A stretch of DNA of 63,869 bases, filler included. It is 13 parts of 13 records of this genome, joined end to end, with 100 filler letters (N's around TTAATTAATTAA, not from the genome) between each part and the next. Parts side by side here need not be neighbours in the genome. Positions count along the whole stretch, not along the records: positions 11,158 to 18,059 come from SRR7504441_17227; positions 18,160 to 22,072 come from SRR7504441_17235; 11 more parts are not named here. One strand, written 5' to 3'. A model generated the notes under the pieces. That model had not been told where the DNA came from, did not search any database, and saw only the letters and a list, made by a program, of their open reading frames with translations. A program made the translations under genes and the position numbers. Shown in pieces: positions 11,158 to 21,916 of this stretch. The first letter of the stretch is position 1; each line of letters starts with the position of its first letter.

Positions 11158-12037
11158 GAAGAAGAAGAAGAAGAAGAAGAAGAAGGAACAGCCGCGGGCC
11201 GAGCCGGCTTCCGCGGACTGCGTCGAGCCGAGTTGTGCGGAGCAGTCCGGGCCGGAGCCGGTGACCGGCAAGCCTGGCAAGCGCCTGCGCAAGCGGGACC
11301 GCTGGAACAAGCCCGAGCAGAGTGCCCGACGCCACCCGTTCGAGGCCGACATAACCGACCACGCTGAGACGCCCCAGTCGGCTTACCAGGACCTCGCGCC
11401 GCTGCTGCACCAGCTCGCCAGGGCCAGAGGGGTTACGGGCCGGGCGCTCCCGATTTGGGACCCGTACTACTGCGAAGGAAGCGTGGTCCGGCGGCTGGCC
11501 GGTCTAGGGTTCTGTGCCGTGATCAACAGGAATGTAGACTTCTACACTTCTCCAGCCCCGGCGCATGAGGTGATGGTGACCAACCCTCCCTTCTCGGGCG
11601 CCCACCTGCAGCGGATCGTACAGTTCTGCGCCGGCCGAGACACGCCGTTTGCGTTGTTGATGCCCTCGTTCGTGCTGGGCAAGCCCGTGTGGCAGAGCCT
11701 GGTGGGTCAGATGGATCCAAAGCCGTTCTACGTGGTGCCCCACCGCCGGTACAATTTCCTACCCCCCTCCTGGGCCATCCGCAGCCAGACTGGCGCGGCC
11801 AGCACCTCGCCGTTCGCCACCTTCTGGTATTGCTGGATGCCAAAGTCTGTTGACTTTCGGTCGACACAGTGGGACAAGAGCCGAGTGGCCACGTTCTGGT
11901 CGCTGGAGGCGGTGCCGTCTGAGCATCGGGACGTGACTGACGCAGCCAAGAAGCGGCCGAATCCCAAGATGAGGAAAAAGCTGGCAGCCAAGCGCAAGAA
12001 GCTAGCCGCTGGCTATGGGGGTCGACAGCAATGGTGA
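11158..12037 (+). CDS. NPPF-motif amino-(N6-adenine-type) methyltransferase-like protein (5' truncated)
   Basis: IWDPYYCEG (motif I-like), DFY, VMVTNPPFS (motif IV), PFALLMP; poly-Lys N-terminus from a (GAA)n run and a basic C-terminal tail. Confidence 0.75.
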
Positions 12038-12518
12038 GCCGGTGGTTAGAGTGTATACATGATTGTACGGTTGTACGAGTACGAGTGCAGTACTCTCCGT
12101 GCTACACATTGTGAAGCTCACGATTGAGATTTCGTGGACATCTACTACTCGTACTGTGGGAGTCAATAAATTTTATACAAGTAAACATTTTAGTTTGTGA
12201 TTGAGAATGAGATCTTGATTTCAAAATAACGTGCTTTCCACGGGTGGTTTCTCAACTTAGCCTGTCAAGTCCGGCTTCGTGATCATGGTGGGAAAGCTAT
12301 AGATTCCGGAGAAGTTTTTGTTCGTATGTGTTCGCGCCGGGAGCGCCGGGAGCAAAGATGGGAACAGGCCAGTTCCCGGAGATTCTGGACGCTCGCCCTC
12401 GGGAACCACTATTTCACATTCCCATGCGTCATTTACTGGAACATTCACTAGAACATTTATGGGAAAATTCAAGGAATTCGACAAGTCTGGACCCGGAGCG
12501 ATGCTCCCAACGGACAAA

Positions 12519-12880
12519 ATGCTCAGAGCACTGCGGCGGAGCCCAGTGGCCAAGGCCCCTCTGGGAGTGGGCGAGATGGTCGGCGGGCCAGGCGGGTGGC
12601 CAGCGAGCCCGGGCCAGGTCGTGATCGGGGTGGTGGCCGCGGTCATGCTTGGGGGGCCCAAGGCGGTCCGGGACAGCCGGGGGGCCGGGCGGCAGCGGGG
12701 GCTAGGTGTTGCCCAAGGTGGCCCAGTTCACAAAGAACCTCAAAGAGGCGGTGGAGGACGCCTCAAAGGCTGGCGCACCGCAGCAATCCGGGGTGAGCTC
12801 TTCGGCGCTCTGGGGCGAGCGGAGGGCAGGGGGCGGACGGAGCGGAGAAGCCTGGGGATAAGCCAGATTCGAAGACCTAG
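12519..12880 (+). CDS. TatA/TatB-family twin-arginine translocase subunit with putative mitochondrial presequence (4 exons)
   Basis: Exons 12519-12578, 12618-12662 (or 12665), 12706-12792, 12830-12880 give MLRALRRSPVAKAPLGVGEMVVIGVVAAVMLGGPK(A)VLPKVAQFTKNLKEAVEDASKAGAPQQSGGADGAEKPGDKPDSKT*: Glu-containing short TM, GP hinge, amphipathic helix. Alternative ATG at 12501. Confidence 0.75.
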
Positions 12881-13143
12881 CTGACGGGGGTATGAGGAGG
12901 GGCGGCATTGCGTGCCAGCTGGATAGCGCACACGGGTGCGGCGGAATATAGTGGACCATCACTGTACTATTACACTATCATATTGCATGTAATAAGTATT
13001 GCAATTCTTCCAGTGCGCTCATGTCGAGTTCGAGTACTTACAATACGTATGACTTTATCAACACCTCCACCCACCGGCACAGTACGCAGGTCCAGACGAT
13101 CCCGGACCGGCCTACTCGTGCGGCTACTTCTCCCCCAATAGCT

Positions 13144-13641
13144 CTACTCATCCTCGGGCTCGCTTTCATGCTCGCTTTGGACCAGGCAAAGCCGATGAAG
13201 CTCGTATGGAGCCCCGGGGACCAGCCACTCGCGCCGGTGCTCCAAACGGCCGTACCCTCGCACCGTCTCGATCCTGTGCTGCCCGAGATCGTCCGTTAGA
13301 TCGCTCCGCTTCCCGACCACCACCGCCAGTCCGTCCGGCCGCTCGTCCAGCCAGTCCGACACAGCCTCGGCCCACCACCCGCCGTCCCAGGGGGCAGGCC
13401 CCACCACGAGCAGCACGCTGCACTCGCCCGCGTACCGCCGCACCGCCGCCCCCGCCTCCAGCCGCTCCACCCCGGCCGCGGCTTGGAGGTCTGTAGCCCG
13501 CACGGTCAGCCCAAGCTCGTCCTGGATCGCAGCGGACAGCGCCCCGTCCCCGGCCCCACACTCGAGCAGGGCGCGGTCCGACGGTCGGATCTGCCGGCCG
13601 ACCGCCCTGAGCACCACCCGATGGGCCGAGGCGTTGCCCAT
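13144..13641 (-). CDS. Small class I SAM-dependent methyltransferase-like protein
   Basis: LLECGAGDGALS (motif I) and VRATD (motif II); 165 aa; intronless; ATG directly after the BBIP1 stop. Confidence 0.65.
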   Translation of the reverse strand: MGNASAHRVVLRAVGRQIRPSDRALLECGAGDGALSAAIQDELGLTVRATDLQAAAGVERLEAGAAVRRYAGECSVLLVVGPAPWDGGWWAEAVSDWLDERPDGLAVVVGKRSDLTDDLGQHRIETVRGYGRLEHRREWLVPGAPYELHRLCLVQSEHESEPEDE

Positions 13642-13830
13642 TTAGTTGGGTTCGGGAGGCTGCTGGGAGGCGAGGTTTGCGGCTACGGTCTCCATCTGCT
13701 CGATCTTCTGGAGGGTGACCGACTTGAGCGGCATGATCTTGGGCTTGCACAGCACCTCGCTCAGGTTGCCCTTCTCCGAGTACACCAGCCCCGCTTTTGG
13801 AAGCACCTCCGTCGGCTTGGCAGCATCCAT
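13642..13830 (-). CDS. BBIP1: BBSome-interacting protein 1 (BBS18/BBIP10)
   Basis: EVLPKAGLVYSE...VLCKPKIMPLKSVTLQKIEQM matches the BBIP10 core (EVLPKxG...VLCKPKLLPLKSLTLEKLE). Confidence 0.92.
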   Translation of the reverse strand: MDAAKPTEVLPKAGLVYSEKGNLSEVLCKPKIMPLKSVTLQKIEQMETVAANLASQQPPEPN

Positions 13831-13877
13831 GGATATCGGGCTTGTTGAGCTCAAAATAACGGAATTTTTTTGAGTCC

Positions 13878-15520
13878 ATGGCGCTGGTGGTCGACCTCTC
13901 CGCCCCTGCCGGCCCTGCGGCGGCGGCGGCCACGGGGCCGGGGCAGGCCCAGGCGCCCAGCCGGCCGGCCGACGAGTAGCCCCCGCTGCGGGGCTGGTCT
14001 CACCCGGCCGCAGGCTGGCCGCCAGCCAGGCTGACCTGTTTGTGGCCGTGTCGGAAGGCGACGCGCCCCGGATGCAGAAGGCGCTCGCCCTGCTCGGTGC
14101 CCGCCGGCCCCGGGCGCGGGCGAGCCGGCCGGCAGACTACCCAGTGGACTGCTTCAACCAGGACAGCATGAGCCCGCTGGCAGTGGCCGCAGTGTCGGGA
14201 CACCATAAGGCGCCCGGGCTGCCCGGGTGCCCCGCCGACGGGAGTCAGGTGATAGAGCGGCTCATTCGACCGTTCGGGACTAAGCCCGGGGCCGACGTGG
14301 ACACCCGGAACCGGGGCGGCGCCACCGCGCTGATGTTCGCCGGTGCGGCCGGCCTGGGGGTAGGCCGGGAGCAGGAGGGGCAGTGTGGCACGGGCGGCGG
14401 CAGTGCGCGCAGGCAGCGGGCGGGCGGGGAATGAATGAGTCTTGGGCAGGTGCTGTTGGACCACGGGGCCGACTGCCAGGCGGTGGATGAGGAGGGGATG
14501 ACCGCGCTCATGTGGGCGTTAACTGCAGAGCAGGAAGCCATAATCGAGGCGCGACCAATGCCCCCGACTGCTGGCGAGCGAGCGGGGCAGATGCTGCTCC
14601 CGTGGGACAAGGGCAGCCTCCAGACGGCCGCCGAGTGCGGGTACATCGAGATGGTCTCCGGTGCCCCGCGCTGCGGGCGCCCGGCTGACGAGCCGGCAGC
14701 GTTGCTGGATCGAGGGCTGGGCGTGGATAGTCTGGATGCCGAGGGGAACACAGCGCTGCTCCGGCTGGCCATGTCAACGCTTCATTTCGACCAAGAGGAC
14801 TGGGCCGAGGTGGAGACTAGCGGGGCGGTGGCAGAGCTGCTAGTGGCGGCGAACGCAAACCTTGAAGCGAGCGACCCTTTGTACGAACAGACGGCTCTCG
14901 GATGGGCGCTCAAGACGTGTAAGCCACGGCTGGCCGAGAGGCTGAGGCAGCTTGGGGCGGACGTTGAGGGACACGCAGCCCAGCGGTACAGGGTGCGCGG
15001 CCAGACAATGCTGATCAGCACTGTGACCGAGCTGCTGGAGCCGTCGACAGACTCCCCTTACGATGTAAGTGCTCTGCCCATAGTCTTGGCCAGACACCGG
15101 CCGCAGGTGTGGCCGCTCCCGCTCAGGGTGGTGGCCGAGAAGTACCTGCCAGGGCTGGTGGAGCAGCAGATTCGGATGGGAGCTCGTGTGGAGGAGATTG
15201 ACAGCGCAGGCCGGTCATGTCTGATGCATGCAGCGGCGCTCGGGGCTCAGGACGTTGTCGAAAAGCTCATTCAGTCGGCCCAGGTCGACTTGATGGACTT
15301 TGAGGGCCAGACGGCGCTGGTGTATGCCGCGCTGGAGGGGCACGAGAATGTGGTCGAGTTGTTGCTCTCTGCTGGGGCCAATCCAAGGGTGCGCGATCGT
15401 AACGGCAACCAGCTGTGGCAAGCGGCCGAATTAGCTGGCGAGTTCTCGGTGTCGCGGCTGATTCATGCAAATGCCGGGCTTGCGGACAAGAGTGCAGACG
15501 ACCCAGCGCATAGACGGTGA
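13878..15520 (+). CDS. Ankyrin repeat protein (8 exons)
   Basis: After splicing, canonical repeats appear, e.g. TALMFAVWHGRRQCAQVLLDHGAD and GQTALVYAALEGHENVVELLLSAGANP. Three introns are GC-AG (14210-14248, 14413-14449, 14549-14590). Confidence 0.9.
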
Positions 15521-16149
15521 GCGCGCTTCGATGCCGGCGTCTGTCCGGCCTCATGACCAAACTCAAATTTCGTGGCGATCATAATACGAGTACATGTACT
15601 AGAAAAGCTTAAGAGAACAGGCTGACACAGAAAGTCAGTTTGAAGAACTTTCTAGAGTTAAATAAAGTAACGCCGGCGTGGGTGATGGACCGTTGTCATT
15701 CATGATGGACAGTGGCTGCCCACGGAACCGGCACAAACTCCGCTTTCTGATCTACGGGCATGCGTTTGAACCCCTAACCTTAGACATTGATGAACCTAGC
15801 GTCACAAAAAAAACGCATCAATTGCTCATTCACGGCATGTTACTGCTGTTGCAGGGCGGCTTTGAGTACCGAACCTTTACGTAATCCGGGTTATATAGGT
15901 CTGTAAAAAAGAGAGACTGACCGGACCCTACCGACGCCGCCCACCAGCAGGCTTGATTTTTTCTTGGGCTTGTTTTATCTAGTACCCGTGGACCTAGACC
16001 TTGCCTCGTGTCTATGCTCGCTGAGAGGTCTGGCGGGTCCGCCATAGCTTCTGCTGAATTCAAGCTCTAAAAATAATCCACGAATGGGCCTGCGGCGGTC
16101 CCGGAGAGGTGCCCGCGCGGTGCCCCAGCGGATGCAGTGAGCTTCCAGC

Positions 16150-18059
16150 ATGACGGTGGCCGGCGCGTTCGGCGCACCTCCCTCCAAGCAGCCCAAGGCC
16201 AGTCAGGTGGCCCGCGGCCCGGCAGGTCTCTCACCCGCCGGCAGATGGACATCCCGGACCCCCTCGACCGCATCCTGCAGATCCGGAATATGGCCGACCA
16301 CACGCACAACATCTCCTCCACAGTGCCCATCACGCAGGCGCTGTTCCGCCCCAGCCCCCCCGAGGTTGCCCCCGGCTCTCCCGCCCCGGACTCATTCGGG
16401 CGCAGGTGATGTTCGACAGCTTCGAGCCGCTGCAGCGGTACGAGCAGACCCTCACGTTTAGAAACAACGACTCTGTCGGCCGGCGGCTGCGGGTGGTGCC
16501 CCCCAAGAACAGAGTCTTCTCGGTATCGGCTCCTCAATTCGCCGGTGGCAGCGAAAAGGCCAAAATCGCCCCTGGGATGGAGGTGCGCTCGCGGCCTGCC
16601 CCAGACCAACGCGGCGTCAGGTGTCGTATGTGGTCCGATTTGCGCCGGAGGAGCCGATCGACTACGCGTACGACCTGGAGTTTATCACCGAGCGCGAGCG
16701 TTTCCTGGTCCCTGTGCGAGGGTGGGGTCCACGCCCTCTGCTCCAGTTGCCAGACTCGTACGAGTTCGGGAACGTGGAGGCACGGTACTGCTCGGAGCGG
16801 ACTTTTCTGGCCAGGAATATAGGGAACAAAGCGGCCACAGTCCAGTTCAACGCCACGGAGCCGTTCTCCGTGCTGCCACGACAGATTGGGCTGCCGCCTG
16901 GCGACGCAGTTCAGGTGAGGCTCGGGTGCGAGCCTACGGCGCTCGGGGAGCACAGCGGGGAGCTGCTGGTGGAGTACGGTGCGGGGTCGGTGGTGGTGCC
17001 CCTCTCCGGGTGCGCGTTTGATGCCGAGATCATGACGGATAAGTCTGTCCTAGTGTGTGAGCCGACTTATGTCACACTCACTGCACAAAAGACTTTTAAG
17101 ATTAGGAACCGGTCAGAGGTGAAAGTGCGGTTCGAGCTCAAGGTGAACGCCAACGAGCAGGAGGATGACGACCACAGGCAGGATGAGCTGGCCAGACTAG
17201 AGGATTCTTACGAGCAGGAGCTCGCCGGGTTGACGGCGGCTGATCTCGAGCTTGACGACGAGTCGAGCGAGGACGAGGAGCTCGGGATGACGTTGTCGGG
17301 CGCGGCGCTCGAGCGCAAGTACGAGCGGCTGCGGAAACAGGTGGTGGAGGACCCTCAGCTGTTCACACACGACATCTTCGCGTGTGTGCCTCAGTCTGGG
17401 TTCATATATCCTGGAGGCGAGGCAGAGATTCTTGTGAGCTTCTCGCCGGCGATTGCAGTGGAGTATATAGCCTCAGTCTACTGCTATGTGGAGGGCCGCT
17501 GCACCCGGATACCTGTGCACATTAAGGGCCGCGGGATTGGGCCACGCGTGTGCTTCTCGTATGCGGGGTTGAACCTGGATGATCTCTACCTCAACACCGC
17601 TTACGAATACAAAGCGGAGCTCGAGAACCGAGGCGAGATCGAGGCCCGGTACCAGCTGAATCCTAGCAACAGCAGCTACGGCCAGGCGTTCAGCTTTGAG
17701 CCAGAGACCGGAGTGCTCCAGGTGGGCGAGACTCGCGTGATTAAAGTGTCCGTGCTTTCGCGAGAAGCCGGCCCATTTGGTGAGGACTTCAGTTGGACAA
17801 TACAGGGCTCGCCCAACGACCTGAAGATCCGGTTCCAGGGCCAATTTGTTGGACCGAGTGTTAGCTTTGATGCTGATATGCTCGATTTTGAGAATGTCTC
17901 CTTTGGGTTCATCAACTCAAAGATCTTCAGGCTGTGCAACGCCTCCCCTATTCCAGCCGCTTGGAGCCTGGCTGTGACCCACGACGGGCAGTTGCTCGAC
18001 AAGGAGTGGGACGTGGTGCCTAGCAACGGAGTGCTACTGCCTCATGGCAAGCAGAAAGT
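16150..18059 (+). CDS. HYDIN: Hydin, central-pair axonemal protein (N-terminal part, truncated)
   Basis: LFRPSPPEVMFDSFEP...LTFRNND, IAPGMEVSYVVRFAPEEPIDYAYDLEFITERERFLVPV and tandem ASH/Ig-like domains; introns 16365-16405 and 16583-16620. Confidence 0.9.
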
Positions 18060-18206
18060 NNNNNNNNNNNNNNNNNNNNNNNNNNNNNNNNNNNNNNNNN
18101 NNNTTAATTAATTAANNNNNNNNNNNNNNNNNNNNNNNNNNNNNNNNNNNNNNNNNNNNTCCGGAACAGGTTTCTTATGTGTACGTAGTTCCCTGCGTCT
18201 TAAGCT

Positions 18207-19013
18207 CTAGTCGATTGGGTACCTCCCTCGCATTGGGTACTCGTATTGGGTACTCCCTTGCATTGGGTACCTCCCTCGCAGCATGATCGCCGCGTTTGCG
18301 CTGTAGTTGTACCTCGTAGCCAGCTGTAGCGCTGTCGTCCCGTCCTGCCGGCCGCCAGCCTCAGTAACCCAGCCCAACGTATAGTCTCAGCCATTAGCAA
18401 CAGGCTTTTCTCTAAACTCTGGAGGCATCGGCGCGCACCTTGTCTTGGGCCTCCGGGTCGGCCATGGCCGCCACCAGCAGGTCTGCCGCCGCTGCCCCTC
18501 CGTCGTGGACTGCCACCTGATGCAGTGCCGTCCATCCGCCCTGATTTCAGCGAGATCTCAGCAGGCCGCGCTCTCTAGCGGGCGGCGGGCACCTTGGTCT
18601 TGGCATGCACATCCGCCTTGGCCTCTAGCAGCAGCTTTACCGCTCCGATGTGCCCGTGTACCGCGGCCTGGTGCAGCGGCGTGTACCCGTTCTGCCGCCC
18701 GTCTCAGGCCCCTCCCCCCAGCTGGCACCTCGTCCTGGGCACGCAAGTCAGCATTGGCCACCAGTAGCAGCGCTATTGTCCCCTCGTCCCCTTCATTCGC
18801 CGCCTCATGCAGCGCCGTGGCATTGTCCTGCCCCTGCGGTGAGCCGTGCGTCTGACTCGGCTCACGCACGCTATCCCGGGCCCTTAGAACTCGGCGGTGG
18901 AATCGTGGCCCTCGTTCGAGCATGCATCTCAGTCGGGTAGCGTTGCCATTGGCAGCGGCCTCGAGCACCTCCTCGTTGAACTCGCTGCCGCCGCTAGAGC
19001 TGCTAATGCACAT
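18207..19013 (-). CDS. Ankyrin repeat protein (about one repeat per exon)
   Basis: [11 protein letters not shown]...[47 protein letters not shown] introns between repeats. Confidence 0.85.
18214..18280. repeat. Short imperfect tandem repeat (ATTGGGTACCTCCCTCGC-like, ~4 copies)
   Basis: ATTGGGTAC recurs four times at 12-18-nt spacing at the 3' end of the ankyrin gene. Confidence 0.7.
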
Positions 19014-19087
19014 GCCTCTCTGGAGCACGCGGTCTTCAGGGGAGCCCCCTTCGACCCTTTGGTGTCAACGGCTGTGGTTGTACAAGC

Positions 19088-21916
19088 ATGTCACTGGCGC
19101 GGGTATTGACGGCCCTGCTGGTAGCTACCAGCCAGCAGCTTCCCGAGCCCTGGCCGCCGCTGCACCAGTTCAACGCCACCGGACTGCCCGCCCGCCCAGC
19201 CTCTCTGGACCCTCTGGTGCGGTACACCTGGCCCGGTGCGCCTGGTCCGCTGATGCAGACCTTCACCCAGCGGCCCAGCAGGGTGGTGGCCGCCCAGCCG
19301 GCGGGGGCGTTCAGCGGACTCCAGTCGGTGCTGGCCGGCGGGGCGTTGACAGTCCGCGGTCCGGCCAGCATCTGCCTGGACTTTGGGGTCGAGTTGGCGG
19401 GCTGGGTCGAATTCCACTCGCCCGACCTGGCCCAGCCCAGTGACTTGCTGGTCGGGATAGGCGAATACACCGGCACCGACAAGTACGCGGCCCCACAGGC
19501 GTTCGGTAACGGATCGTTCCTGGCCTGCTACCACGGCCCGTGTCCGGGTGCGGAACAGTACGGAGGGGTCAGGTTCGTGTGGCTTACAGTCACGACCGAT
19601 ACCCAAATCACTGTCCAAAACGTGACCGTAGTGGCCCAGGCCCGGCCTGTCTCATACACTGGGTCGTTCGTGTCCTCCAACCCGATGTTGGAAAAGATCT
19701 GGTACCAAGGCGCGTACGGGGTTCGGACCAATTTACACCCCAGCTCTCTTGGCTCGATACTATACGACAGGGGAGATCGCAAAGCCTTCCAGGGGGACAA
19801 TGCTATCGCCTCTGAGGTGGCGTTCGTGGTGTTCGGGGCGCAGGTCTTCCCGCTGGTGCTCGCGAATATCAACTCGACTGATTCTGGCTCGAAGAAAGGT
19901 CACGATGTGCATGACTCCAACCTTGTGCCGTACCCACTCTACTGGGTACAGACTGTTTGCGACTACTACTGGGCAACTAACCAAACCGCCGCGTTTGGCT
20001 GGTTCTTGGACGACATGCTGGACATTGTTAACTCGCACGCAGCTGTAGCAAACGACAACTGGCTCGAGGTGGAACTCAACTTTTTCGGATGGGACGACCG
20101 AGTCAGGATCGGCAGCGGCGAGAAGGGATATGACGTGGTAGGGCCGTATGCGGGCAAGGAGCCACAGCTAGCGTATGTTGCGCTGCTGATACAGACCTGC
20201 AACTATCTTGCTCAGTCGCTACAGCAAGCCGTCCCGGGGAGCACCCAGATAGGCTCAATTAGGCAGATTGGGGCTCACCTGTCGGATCAGCTGCGGGCGC
20301 GTGTGCCGCCCGCCGTGCCGGGGAGACACAGGCTTGGATGCCTCAAGTGCTGCGCCGAGCCGTTGCCCGACGGCACTTGCTGCTGCCGAGTCGACGGCTG
20401 TCCTCCGCTGCCCCCATCCTGCCCGCCATCACCGCCCCTCGACACTGCAGACACAGCAGAGTACTGGGAGGAGTATGGAGTACACGCTGCCGCAAACCTG
20501 GCGCTGGCAGAGGTGCCCACCACAGCTGAGCTAGCTAAAATCGCCGAGCACGTCTTTCGGGATCTACCGTCGATTTGTTCATACTCACCATTCAACACAA
20601 ATTTCATTCTTAAAGGGCTGGCTCGGACTCCTGGTGGCACTGCATACGCCACTGCTGCTGCGGAGTACTGCTGGAGCAACATGGTCGAGGATGGGCGCGG
20701 ATGCTTCTGGGAGAACAACAGCCCGATGTGGGGCAGCTTCATGCACGACGGCGACAAACCGCCTGGGAACCCATCCCTTTGTCACCCGTGGTCCTCTGGC
20801 GTGACTGCCTTCCTGAGCACTCACGTGCTGGGTGTAGTGGCGCTCTTGCCTGGGCATCAGGTGTGGGCGGCGACTCCATTTGTAAGTCAGCAGCTTAATG
20901 TTAGCGGGACTGTCCCCACTGCAAGTGGCCGGATCCATCTGTCGGCCAGTTGGTCCGGCACTGGGCTGTTGAGCGTAGAGCTCCATGCGCCCACTGCAGG
21001 CTATCTCGGGCTGCTTAGAGAGAAGATCATGGCCAGGCATTGGCGCTTGCTCTCCGTTGTTGTGGATGACCAGCCCCTGGCAGCCGAGGATTCCACAACA
21101 CCTGGGTTGCTATCTAATGGCCGCCTGAGTGCCTCGCAGCTGGGAGAGCATCGCTTCACCGATCTGTTGGCACCAGGCCGCCACCTGATTGTCGCCCGCT
21201 ACGATGCACCAGACCCGCCGGCCAGCGCACCGACCAACCAGTTACTGAGAAGTTTGACCCCGTTCCCAACGATAAATTATCGTGTGAACGTCTCGTATGA
21301 CACAGACACGAGGGGCGTTGGATGGGAGGCTACATATGGCTCCAGCGGCTGGGTGTTGTATGGTTACAGCCCTAACCGCACCACAGGGCGCGCGCAGACT
21401 CTGGCCAAGCTACCGGAGTTCATCCAGAACATCTCCTGGTCGCTCGGCTCCCCCGATCAGATCTTGTGCGTTTCGAGGGACTGTAGCTGCCCGCTGAATG
21501 ACACGCGCTGCCTGGAGAGCCCAGTGTCTGTGAGCACACCCCACCGAGCACTGGGCTTTGCCGAGGGCGCAGGTGGGATCGAGATCGTATCGCAGCTTGG
21601 AGCACACTATCGAGTCGCTATCTACTTTGTGGCAGCCCAAGCCTTTAAAAATTCTTCACTTACCGGCCCAGCGCCCCCGCAGCCACCAGTGCCATCTCAT
21701 CCAGCGCAGTTCTCCCTGAGAGTGGAAGACTTAAGCCCCGGCCCTGGCCATCTCAATCCCGTGGCACCCTCCATTCTGGTGAGGGATGGCTTGGAGACGG
21801 GCGTCTGGGTGGTGCTGGAGTCAGATCGACCGTTGCGCATTCGCCTGGAAGCGATGTACGATGATCCGAGCACTGGCTGGCAGGGAGGGACGTTCTCGGC
21901 GATCGCGTTCCACTAG
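19088..21916 (+). CDS. Secreted alpha-L-rhamnosidase-like glycoside hydrolase (GH78)
   Basis: Signal peptide; LDFGVELAG, YGGVRFV, LEKIWYQGAY, DRGDR, CFWE, SLCHPWSSG; intronless 942 aa. Confidence 0.85.
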   Translation: MSLARVLTALLVATSQQLPEPWPPLHQFNATGLPARPASLDPLVRYTWPGAPGPLMQTFTQRPSRVVAAQPAGAFSGLQSVLAGGALTVRGPASICLDFGVELAGWVEFHSPDLAQPSDLLVGIGEYTGTDKYAAPQAFGNGSFLACYHGPCPGAEQYGGVRFVWLTVTTDTQITVQNVTVVAQARPVSYTGSFVSSNPMLEKIWYQGAYGVRTNLHPSSLGSILYDRGDRKAFQGDNAIASEVAFVVFGAQVFPLVLANINSTDSGSKKGHDVHDSNLVPYPLYWVQTVCDYYWATNQTAAFGWFLDDMLDIVNSHAAVANDNWLEVELNFFGWDDRVRIGSGEKGYDVVGPYAGKEPQLAYVALLIQTCNYLAQSLQQAVPGSTQIGSIRQIGAHLSDQLRARVPPAVPGRHRLGCLKCCAEPLPDGTCCCRVDGCPPLPPSCPPSPPLDTADTAEYWEEYGVHAAANLALAEVPTTAELAKIAEHVFRDLPSICSYSPFNTNFILKGLARTPGGTAYATAAAEYCWSNMVEDGRGCFWENNSPMWGSFMHDGDKPPGNPSLCHPWSSGVTAFLSTHVLGVVALLPGHQVWAATPFVSQQLNVSGTVPTASGRIHLSASWSGTGLLSVELHAPTAGYLGLLREKIMARHWRLLSVVVDDQPLAAEDSTTPGLLSNGRLSASQLGEHRFTDLLAPGRHLIVARYDAPDPPASAPTNQLLRSLTPFPTINYRVNVSYDTDTRGVGWEATYGSSGWVLYGYSPNRTTGRAQTLAKLPEFIQNISWSLGSPDQILCVSRDCSCPLNDTRCLESPVSVSTPHRALGFAEGAGGIEIVSQLGAHYRVAIYFVAAQAFKNSSLTGPAPPQPPVPSHPAQFSLRVEDLSPGPGHLNPVAPSILVRDGLETGVWVVLESDRPLRIRLEAMYDDPSTGWQGGTFSAIAFH

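Noticed and set aside
12290-12480. GAAnnTTC units upstream of the Tat-like gene resembling heat-shock elements
   Set aside because: Spacing is imperfect, with no clean three-unit array; not supportable.
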